Shown: piece by piece, positions 1 through 7,801 of the stretch
Layout: each line of letters opens with the position of its first letter
Position numbering within the stretch: the first letter of the stretch is position 1
From: Candidatus Poribacteria bacterium
Lineage (GTDB): Bacteria > Poribacteria > WGA-4E > WGA-3G
Reading direction: 5' to 3'
Length of the DNA stretch: 64,000 bases
Assembly (NCBI GenBank): GCA_964291315.2
Contig: OZ219753.1
Location: 2,048,001 to 2,112,000 of the forward strand
Notes under the pieces: generated by a model
Databases searched by the model: none
Seen by the model: the letters and a program-made list of their open reading frames with translations, nothing else
Told to the model about the DNA's origin: nothing
Position numbers and translations under genes: made by a program

Positions 1-1026
1 ACCCTCAGTTGTGTCCGGACATGCAACATCCGTCAGGTCACAAAGGGTCGGGAATAGATCATACAGATAGGTTAAAGCATCCACTGTTGTACCTTCGGGG
101 ACTCCGGGTCCAGCGAATATTGACGGAACGCGAATACTGTGGTCATAGAGATTCTGTTTGCCCAACAGACCGTGTTGCCCGACTGCAAGCCCGTGGTCGG
201 CAGTGTAGACCACTATCGTGTTTTGGAGATGTCCAGCGGATCCTAATGCTTGTAGCACACGCCCCATTTCAGCGTCCATGTGTGTAATCATCCCGTAATA
301 GTCAGCAATGTGTTGCTGCACGACTTCAGGAGCGCGCGGGAAAGGCGCTAGCACTTCGTCTCGAATACGCATCTCACCGTTATCAAACGGGTGCTCTGGG
401 TGAAAGTTTTCAGGAACCGGTATATCCTCTGGCGAATACATCGTCGCGTATTTCCCAGGGGCTGTCCGTGGATCATGTGGCGAAGTAAAGGAGAGGTAAA
501 GGAAGAAGGGAGCCGGGGCATCGTAGTTTTCTATAAATTGCACGGCGGAATCTGTAAAAAGTTCCGTAGAAAACTTCTCCCCAATGTACTTGGCATCGAT
601 CGGGTATTTTCCCGTTGGATCGAAATCGAAAACCGGAATCTTATATTGATCGCCCATTCCGCCAAAAAAAATCTTGGCACCCTCATCGAAACTGTTAGTA
701 AACGTCTGTCGATCGTTGTGCCATTTGCCGGTGAAAAATGTGTGGTAACCTGTCTCGCGCATGACCTGGGGCCACACAGCGAGCTCCGGGTTAATTTGAT
801 TTCCACCGCTTCGAAACAGATTCGCGCCGGTGAGAACAGCAGCGCGACTCGGCACACACACCGCCCCAACAAGAGAGCCCATGATGTGTGTCTGCCGGAA
901 AGTGGTGCCGCGCGCCATGAGTGAATCGAGGGTTGGCGTTTTGACGGTTGGATCGCCCATACCTTCGATCGCATCCCACCGGTGGTCATCGGCAATCATG
1001 AAGACGATATTAGGTCGTGTGGACAT
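1..1026 (-). CDS. Sulfatase (Cys-type, arylsulfatase/choline-sulfatase-like), runs off window start
   Basis: Manual translation from ATG at 1026: MSTRPNIVFMIADDHRWD...KTPTLDSL...AVCVPSRAAVLTG; PN..DD metal motif and CxPxR formylglycine motif; AGGAG upstream. Absent from the ORF track, presumably because it is open at the edge. Confidence 0.9.
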   Translation of the reverse strand, partial: MSTRPNIVFMIADDHRWDAIEGMGDPTVKTPTLDSLMARGTTFRQTHIMGSLVGAVCVPSRAAVLTGANLFRSGGNQINPELAVWPQVMRETGYHTFFTGKWHNDRQTFTNSFDEGAKIFFGGMGDQYKIPVFDFDPTGKYPIDAKYIGEKFSTELFTDSAVQFIENYDAPAPFFLYLSFTSPHDPRTAPGKYATMYSPEDIPVPENFHPEHPFDNGEMRIRDEVLAPFPRAPEVVQQHIADYYGMITHMDAEMGRVLQALGSAGHLQNTIVVYTADHGLAVGQHGLLGKQNLYDHSIRVPSIFAGPGVPEGTTVDALTYLYDLFPTLCDLTDVACPDTTEG

Positions 1027-1151
1027 ATTTTTTTCTCCTACAACTCAGCTATCGGCCGTCAGGAGGCGCTTGTAGATGTTGGATACCACTTTCGCCTCCG
1101 TGAACCTCTGGCTTGCCGCTGATAGTTCATGGCTATCTAAAGGAAAAATCA

Positions 1152-2297
1152 ATGAAAATTACTACAATTGAACAATTCTACCCCCGCCGCCGGACCCGCC
1201 TTGTGAAAATCACAACGGATACCGGTATCGTTGGATGGGGTGAAACCACGCTTGAAGGTAAACCCAAAAGTACTTGGGCAGCTGTTGAAGAACTCGCTAG
1301 CTATTTTATCGGCAAAGATCCGTTGCGCATCGAGCACCATTGGCAGCACGTCTATCGTTCTGCCTTCTTTCGAGGTGGTAATATTCTGATGTCCGCGTTA
1401 TCCGGTATAGATCAAGCATTATGGGACATCGCCGGTAAATACTACGATGTACCAACCTATCAACTATTAGGCGGCGCTGTGCGTGACCGCATCCGCGTTT
1501 ATGCACATTGGGGCATCAGCAGTTTAACAGACGAAGGAAAAGCTGCTGCGAAAGAACGCCTTGAATTTTTAAAACGAAAAGGAGGATACACTGCGTTTAA
1601 GACCGGCCCCAGCGGTAAATGGCGTGGACACGAATCCCCAGCGGTTATCGATGAGTTTGTAGCACGCGCCTATCTCATGCGTGAGTGGGTGGGCCCCGAC
1701 GTAGAACTTGCGTTCGATTTTCACGGTAAGATGACCCCCGCACTCGCCATCGAAATCTGCCATGAACTTAAGGGGATGCGTCCAATGTTCGTTGAAGAAC
1801 CAATCCCACAAGAGAATGTGGATGCCCTCAAACTGGTTTCTGACCAAGTGCCGTTCCCGATAGCCACCGGCGAACGACTGCTGACGCGTTGGGGATTTCG
1901 CGAAGTGTTCGAGAAACAAGCCGTCGCTTACCTACAACCCGATACCTCCCACGCCGGTGGAATCACTGAAATGAAAAAAATTGCAAACATGGCGGAGGTT
2001 TACTACATGCACATCGCACCCCACTGCGCTATTGGACCCGTTGCCTTTTCTGCCTCACTTCACGTTGATGCAGTTGTACCGAATTTCCTGATCCAAGAAC
2101 AGATTGATGCTGGACTAGGCGACGGCCTCTTCACTAAGGAATGGCACGTCACAAACGGCCACATTGCGTTACCGACAAAACCCGGACTCGGCTTTGAAAT
2201 TGATACGAAAGCCGCGGAAAAAACGCTCAATACCTATCCTGAAGAACTCGGCGGCGAGTATTATCACGATACCGATGGCAGTGTTGCAGATTGGTAA
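1152..2297 (+). CDS. dgoD: Galactonate dehydratase-like enolase-superfamily (mandelate racemase subgroup) protein
   Basis: GWGE, RIEHHWQ..YR..F.RGG, SALSGIDQALWDI.GK, DFHG, EEP, TGERL, APHC motifs; start moved to ATG 1152 behind AAGGA. Confidence 0.8.
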   Translation: MKITTIEQFYPRRRTRLVKITTDTGIVGWGETTLEGKPKSTWAAVEELASYFIGKDPLRIEHHWQHVYRSAFFRGGNILMSALSGIDQALWDIAGKYYDVPTYQLLGGAVRDRIRVYAHWGISSLTDEGKAAAKERLEFLKRKGGYTAFKTGPSGKWRGHESPAVIDEFVARAYLMREWVGPDVELAFDFHGKMTPALAIEICHELKGMRPMFVEEPIPQENVDALKLVSDQVPFPIATGERLLTRWGFREVFEKQAVAYLQPDTSHAGGITEMKKIANMAEVYYMHIAPHCAIGPVAFSASLHVDAVVPNFLIQEQIDAGLGDGLFTKEWHVTNGHIALPTKPGLGFEIDTKAAEKTLNTYPEELGGEYYHDTDGSVADW

Positions 2298-2432
2298 ATT
2301 AATTTTTCAGGACACCGCTTAGTTTCGATCATGTATCGCCTTCGCTACCTCTATGGAAATATTTTTTTCAGTAAAGTGGACATTGCAAAATTCTATTATT
2401 TTTTCAAACCGGATGGACACTTAGAGATGCAT

Positions 2433-3182
2433 CTAAACCACCAGTTTCCGGTTCGAGACGTAAGGCGGCTCCAACATCAACTTCTGATCCTCGGCTGACA
2501 TCAGATTGCGAAGCTCGTCATCGTACCTGCCTTGCCCCCAAGAAGAATGCCCAGGCGAGTACTTGAACAAAAGCGAACGACGTTGATGAGCAGCTGTCCA
2601 CGGGAGCGTGCCATGCGTCAACGCCTCCGTGAAAATAACCGCATCCCCCGCCTTCTGATGCACCGGAACCATGCAAGTGTTGTTATCTTTCACCGGTCGA
2701 AACCGCGACGGACAACGATAGTTACTCTTGTGGCTGCCCGGAATACAGCAGAAACCACCATGCCCCGGAAGCATATCTGTCAACGCCCATGATACAACCG
2801 TTAAACCGTTATACATCCGATCGTTTCGAAAAACATAGTACTGAGCCGGATCGTAAGGCGTACCACCACCGTGAAGCGTTCCCCCCGGGTTTCCGTTTAT
2901 CATCAGAATACCGTAGACATGATCGAGACGGAATTTCGAACCGACGATCTCTCCTAAAAACGGCATGATACGCGGATGATTAAGAAGCTTTCGGAACGCA
3001 TCGTCCTCCCAACTCAAGAAGCCACCAAACCGCTGTGAATGAACATCAGCAGCAACAGGATCCGGATAATTTTGCGCGTCAATGAGAGCATTCAGTTCAG
3101 CCAGCACGTCTGCTTCTAAGACACCTTCGACGTTGATATACCCCCAAAGATCAAATAAATATTTTTCTTCAGAGTTCACCAA
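2433..3182 (-). CDS. Phytanoyl-CoA dioxygenase (PhyH) family protein
   Basis: EKYLFDLWGY, LHGG, SWALTD, GGFCCIPGSHKSN, AGDAVIFTEALTHG, RRSLLFKY. Confidence 0.85.
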   Translation of the reverse strand: MVNSEEKYLFDLWGYINVEGVLEADVLAELNALIDAQNYPDPVAADVHSQRFGGFLSWEDDAFRKLLNHPRIMPFLGEIVGSKFRLDHVYGILMINGNPGGTLHGGGTPYDPAQYYVFRNDRMYNGLTVVSWALTDMLPGHGGFCCIPGSHKSNYRCPSRFRPVKDNNTCMVPVHQKAGDAVIFTEALTHGTLPWTAAHQRRSLLFKYSPGHSSWGQGRYDDELRNLMSAEDQKLMLEPPYVSNRKLVV

Positions 3183-3212
3183 ATCACCTCCGTTTGGGAT
3201 ACTAGAGTCCTC

Positions 3213-3536
3213 TTATTGATGTGCCGAGCGCGAGGTCGGTTCGAGCCGCGTGACCACGATCTTTGATCTATCTATCAACTCACCAACACGCGGCGAAATT
3301 TCATTCAACCAGCGCTCATCTTCATAGACAGCTGCATAGAGACGCTCACGCTGAGCCTCACTCTCAAAACGACGGATCCAGACGTAAAGGTCGCCCTCTT
3401 CTTCACCGACGAAACTGCCAATCACAACCATCCCTTTAGAAATTTGGAACGGAAGGACAACCTCTTCCATGTATTTTACCCAATTCTCGCGTTGACCGGG
3501 TTGCGTTCTGTACTGCCGTAGTTCAAAAAAAGCCAT
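3213..3536 (-). CDS. NIPSNAP family protein
   Basis: FFELRQY...PG, YVWIRRFESEAQRE pattern; 107 aa; AGGAG RBS. Confidence 0.85.
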   Translation of the reverse strand: MAFFELRQYRTQPGQRENWVKYMEEVVLPFQISKGMVVIGSFVGEEEGDLYVWIRRFESEAQRERLYAAVYEDERWLNEISPRVGELIDRSKIVVTRLEPTSRSAHQ

Positions 3537-3554
3537 GAAAATCTCCTTTTTATC

Positions 3555-6500
3555 TTATGTACGATCGTAGCCGTAGCCTTTGCCCGTGATTTCAAAAAGT
3601 GCGATTGCCGCATGGAAGTGGATATCTGCATCTTGATCTTCAAGAACTAGCTCCAAGAGTGGAACTGCCTTAGCATCTTTAGCGTCCATGAGGGCTCTAA
3701 TCACATCAAGCCGGAAACCTCTTGTGATTTGAGCTTCGTGCAGCACCCTGAGTTTCGCCACCAAAGCATCCACAGCCTTATCCGTCCCAATTTTGCCCAA
3801 CGCCCTTGACGCATCGCGTCGGATTTCGATGTGGTTTTCATCGTTGTTCATCACTGCAATGAGCGCATCGGTGGTTGTTGCGTCTGCAAGCTCACCGAGC
3901 CCTTGTGTTGCAGCGCGGCGGACATCCTTTACGGTTTCAGTTTCCCCCTTCATTATCTGAAGGAGTTCTGGCAGAAGCTCCCGAATTCCGGCTTGCCCGA
4001 CAGCCAGCCCCGCGGCCTTTCGGATATCGACATTCGAATCTGTCAAACGTCGCTTGAATAGTGAGATATCTAGGTCAGCACCGTTCGCGCTGCTTCTCCC
4101 TAAAGCGATCATCGCTGCGTTTCTGACATGATGATTTTCCCACTCATCCGTGGTACGAGCAGCCATTTTAGGGGCAACAAACGTCGGTAAGTCGAGCTTT
4201 TTAGCAGCGTTGACGAAAACCTCCCAGCTCCAATTGCGTTTTAGGTCGTCTGCACCCACGGCTTGCCGATTCGCCGCGTCCTCAAGTGCGACAATGTATT
4301 CGGTATCGTCAATGAGCCGTCTACCGATCGCTTCAACCGCACGTGACCCACCGATTTGCCCAAGCGCTGTCGCAGCTTTGGTCCGAGCCGAGGCTTTCGC
4401 TAACGCATCCGTGCTGGCATCCAACCTTACCCGTTTGTCTTCAAAGATAGCGATGAGCCTGGGAACAGCCGTTTCGCTTTCGAGCCTGCCCAGAGCGACA
4501 ATAGCGTTTTTCGCTATATCTCCTACGCGAACGTCCAACGCGCGAATCAGGACGGTTTCGGCCGTTTTATCCCCAATATTACCGAGGGCGATTGCAGCAG
4601 CAGCACGAATCGCATCTGGTTCTAAGCGGTTTTCAAGGATTTCACTGAGCTTCACGACCGATTTTGCATTCTTGAGGTGCCCTAACGCTGCCACGGATGC
4701 TAATCGGACTTCGAGGTTTGGATCGGTGAGGGCAGTCAGCAGTGCTGTCGCAGCGCGCTCATCTCTAAGCGCACCCAGCGAAGCAGCAGCACCAGCACGT
4801 ATAGATTTCATTTCATCGACATTTTCAAGAACCGCTATTAATGGATCAACGGCGCGGCGTTCTTTGAAACCGCCCAACGAGTTTGTCGCCCGTTTGCGAA
4901 TAACGTAGCTCGGGTGCTTCAATTCCGCCAGCATCGTGTCCACAGCAGATTTCTTAGGTATTGAACCGAGGATATGTACGCATCTCCATTGTGTCCACTC
5001 GTCATCGACGGATCTAAGCGCTTCCACTATGAATTGAGAGGTTGCTTCGTTTCCATCTTTAATTAATGCACCGATGACTTCGTTCTGCACGGCTTGAACC
5101 TCGTGTCCATCCTCAAAATTGCCTAAACCCTTCTTGAGAATATCCACGAGCCCTTTGTCACCCGCTTGGATTTCTCGAAGCGCCTTTGCGGCTTCAAGAC
5201 GTGTGGTTTCATACTCATCATTTTTCAGGGCATCCAAGAGCGGGTTGACAACTTTTTGCCCTTTGATTTTCCCCAACGCGATCGCCGCTTCTTGCCGTAC
5301 AACACCCTGTTTGTCCTTCTCCAGCGCGGTAACAAGCGGATCGATTGTCGCTTCCCCTTTGACCTCACCGAGCGCCCACGCTGCACTCTGGCGTACCGTC
5401 GCCCGCCCGTCGTCCTCAAGCGCCCGCACTAACGGTTCTATGACAACCGCTCCTTTGATGATGCCGAGGGCACGCGCAACTTCACTCCGCACAAGACTTG
5501 GAATCGGTTTAAGCTCCCCCCAAGTGCGGTAGCTTGCCCGCGGATAGTCCGCAGTCCACTGAATCTGGAAAGAATCCACCTCTGTTTGAAGCGCATCAAG
5601 CGTCTTGTACTCGCGTTTCATGTGCCGCTGGAAGTCTGATATTTCATCAAAACGTGTAGAGAGAGTCCACATCAAGACAGGGATAGTTTCGGAGGCCTTT
5701 ATACGACTCAAAACCTTGACAGCATTGGCCCGAAGAATAGGACTGGTTTCGTCGCTGAACATGAGGAGAGTCATAGGCTGCACCGCTTTTTCCGGCTTGA
5801 GCCGCCAGAGCGCCGTAAGAGCCGCCATACGCAAGGTTTCACGCATCTGTTTATCCATAGCGATGATGATCAACTTCTCAACAGCATCTTCTGTGGCAAT
5901 ACTAATTTGCCCGAGAGCCACTGCTGCATTCGTAGCGGTCGTATCGTCATATGAGAGCGCGTTGATGAGCGCCGTGACAACACTCATGTTTTCGCCGCGC
6001 GCCCGCATGTTGCCGAGTCCGGTTGCTGCAAACGCCTTCACCTCTTTGTGCGGGTCTGTGTTTAATGCATCCACAAGAGCAACTATTGCACGCCGATCAC
6101 CGATTTGCCCAAGTGTATTTGCAACCTGCACCCGGATTCCGTCCGAGGCAGTTTTAAGAGCGTCAATCAGCGCGGGAACGGCGGCACCCCGCATCTCCAC
6201 AAGCGCCCCTAACGCCTCTCCCTTTAACTCCTCATCCGCTAACGTTTCTATGAGAGGTCGGATACCAGCCTCCGCTTTGAGGAGTCCAAGCGTCTTGATT
6301 GCAGCGGATTGTGTGCTCAGCCGGTATTTTTTCGTCCACAAATCGTCAATATAAGCGCTCGCGATGTATCGATATTCTGTTGTGAAACCGGTATCTTCGT
6401 CCGGAATGAGATTCCGTGCTTTTGTGTGAAGTATCTCAAGAAGCGGCGCAACAGCAGGTTCGCCTATGCGGTTGAGGGCATCTACAGCTGTACTTTTAAC

Positions 6501-7412
6501 ATAGGTGTTCGGATCAGACAGTAGTCTGATAAGATCAGGGATAGCGATGTCCGCTTGAATAGCCCCGATAAGTTTTGCAGCGTGCATCCTGACCTGCGCA
6601 CTGTTATGCTTCAAGCCAAGCCGCAGGCCCGTCACAATGGCGCTACCATCGGAAAGTACCCTGCGCAATTGTTCAAGCGCAACAATTGCCCTATATGCAA
6701 CCTCTGGCGCACTATCACTTTCGGCAAGAGCCTCCTCAAACAAAGGAATGAACTCAGACTTACGCATAGCACCGAGATAACGGATTGCCTCTTTTTGTAT
6801 GGCTGGATCTGAATGCCGTATCGCCTGTTGAAGTAATTCAGCAACGCGTTCGCCATCTCCAAGCTTTGTCATCAGCTGTCTAACCGCTGCACGCGCCTTC
6901 GGTTGATAACATTTCTCCGCAGCTAAGAGCGCTATGACAACCCCCGTATCTGCACGCACGATCAGCTCAGGTAGCAGCTCTGCACGCTTTTCAACCGCCC
7001 CAGCAAGGCACAAGGCAAACAGTGCCGAGATAGAATGCCGGGAGCGCACAAGCCTCTCTTGCTGGTCAAGCTCGTCAGAATCCGGATCTTCCTGCAATGA
7101 AATAGCGCGGATATCGGTGTCCAATGTCTCAAGATACGCATTTGAAGCTGTGATGACTTGATGCCAACTGTTGACATCAGTACGTGCCCGGTTTTGCAAG
7201 AAAGCGCGTAAGTGCTGAACCTCCCGGTTTCCCGATTCGGTTCTCTGAACGGCTGCTTCTGCAGCGGTATAATCCTCGCGAACAATGGCGGCCCGCGCTG
7301 CAAGAATGTCTCTATCCTCTTTCTCACCGCACCCCGTCAGAAACACAGTCGCAGCAATGCAGATAAAAATAAGATGAGTCTGCCACAGCAGGTGTTCAAA
7401 GGGACGTTTCAT
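3555..7412 (-). CDS. Large HEAT/PBS-lyase repeat lipoprotein
   Basis: Many VR..AA.ALG.I....AV..LI..L repeats; N-terminal lipobox FLTGC; start at MKRPFEH behind GAGGAG. Confidence 0.85.
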   Translation of the reverse strand: MKRPFEHLLWQTHLIFICIAATVFLTGCGEKEDRDILAARAAIVREDYTAAEAAVQRTESGNREVQHLRAFLQNRARTDVNSWHQVITASNAYLETLDTDIRAISLQEDPDSDELDQQERLVRSRHSISALFALCLAGAVEKRAELLPELIVRADTGVVIALLAAEKCYQPKARAAVRQLMTKLGDGERVAELLQQAIRHSDPAIQKEAIRYLGAMRKSEFIPLFEEALAESDSAPEVAYRAIVALEQLRRVLSDGSAIVTGLRLGLKHNSAQVRMHAAKLIGAIQADIAIPDLIRLLSDPNTYVKSTAVDALNRIGEPAVAPLLEILHTKARNLIPDEDTGFTTEYRYIASAYIDDLWTKKYRLSTQSAAIKTLGLLKAEAGIRPLIETLADEELKGEALGALVEMRGAAVPALIDALKTASDGIRVQVANTLGQIGDRRAIVALVDALNTDPHKEVKAFAATGLGNMRARGENMSVVTALINALSYDDTTATNAAVALGQISIATEDAVEKLIIIAMDKQMRETLRMAALTALWRLKPEKAVQPMTLLMFSDETSPILRANAVKVLSRIKASETIPVLMWTLSTRFDEISDFQRHMKREYKTLDALQTEVDSFQIQWTADYPRASYRTWGELKPIPSLVRSEVARALGIIKGAVVIEPLVRALEDDGRATVRQSAAWALGEVKGEATIDPLVTALEKDKQGVVRQEAAIALGKIKGQKVVNPLLDALKNDEYETTRLEAAKALREIQAGDKGLVDILKKGLGNFEDGHEVQAVQNEVIGALIKDGNEATSQFIVEALRSVDDEWTQWRCVHILGSIPKKSAVDTMLAELKHPSYVIRKRATNSLGGFKERRAVDPLIAVLENVDEMKSIRAGAAASLGALRDERAATALLTALTDPNLEVRLASVAALGHLKNAKSVVKLSEILENRLEPDAIRAAAAIALGNIGDKTAETVLIRALDVRVGDIAKNAIVALGRLESETAVPRLIAIFEDKRVRLDASTDALAKASARTKAATALGQIGGSRAVEAIGRRLIDDTEYIVALEDAANRQAVGADDLKRNWSWEVFVNAAKKLDLPTFVAPKMAARTTDEWENHHVRNAAMIALGRSSANGADLDISLFKRRLTDSNVDIRKAAGLAVGQAGIRELLPELLQIMKGETETVKDVRRAATQGLGELADATTTDALIAVMNNDENHIEIRRDASRALGKIGTDKAVDALVAKLRVLHEAQITRGFRLDVIRALMDAKDAKAVPLLELVLEDQDADIHFHAAIALFEITGKGYGYDRT

Positions 7413-7495
7413 GTTTTCTCCTCTCTTTTTTCTTTGGATAAGGGAATGTCGGTCGCTCCGTATCAACCAAACGATTTAAGTGAATAGTGTCATTT

Positions 7496-7524
7496 ATTTT
7501 AACCTGATCGCCATGAAATGTCAA
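7496..7524 (-). promoter_or_regulatory. Sigma70-type promoter for the HEAT-repeat/NIPSNAP/PhyH unit
   Basis: Minus strand TTGACA-N17-TAAAAT. Confidence 0.6.
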
Positions 7525-7718
7525 CCTATTTTTTTTCTCTAATCCGAGCTTTATAGTTAACTTCTCTTTGATTAGAAAGACGAAGTGGGCAAGGACGGAT
7601 TCCGGGGCACTTCGTTTTGAGGCGGCAGCGATCAAGTGTCGGCAGAATCAGACAGGAGGTGCGGTATTCTGTGCTTACGGAGGGGAAAAGAGACCAGGAA
7701 GAGAATGCGGTTAAGAAC

Positions 7719-7750
7719 GTTGGGGGTGAAACAGGCATTCCACCCCCAAC
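7719..7750 (-). terminator. Stem-loop downstream of the lamin-tail-domain gene
   Basis: GTTGGGGGTG...CACCCCCAAC 10-bp inverted repeat about 50 nt after the stop. Confidence 0.5.
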
Positions 7751-7801
7751 TTTGGTTAGTCGGATTCAGAGTTGTCTATCTCTGTCTAACCTTCTTGTCT
7801 G

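Noticed and set aside
4150-6354. Long + strand ORFs antisense to the HEAT gene (and similar ones opposite ftsZ, murC and the methylase)
   Set aside because: Shadow ORFs caused by codon bias of the real genes.
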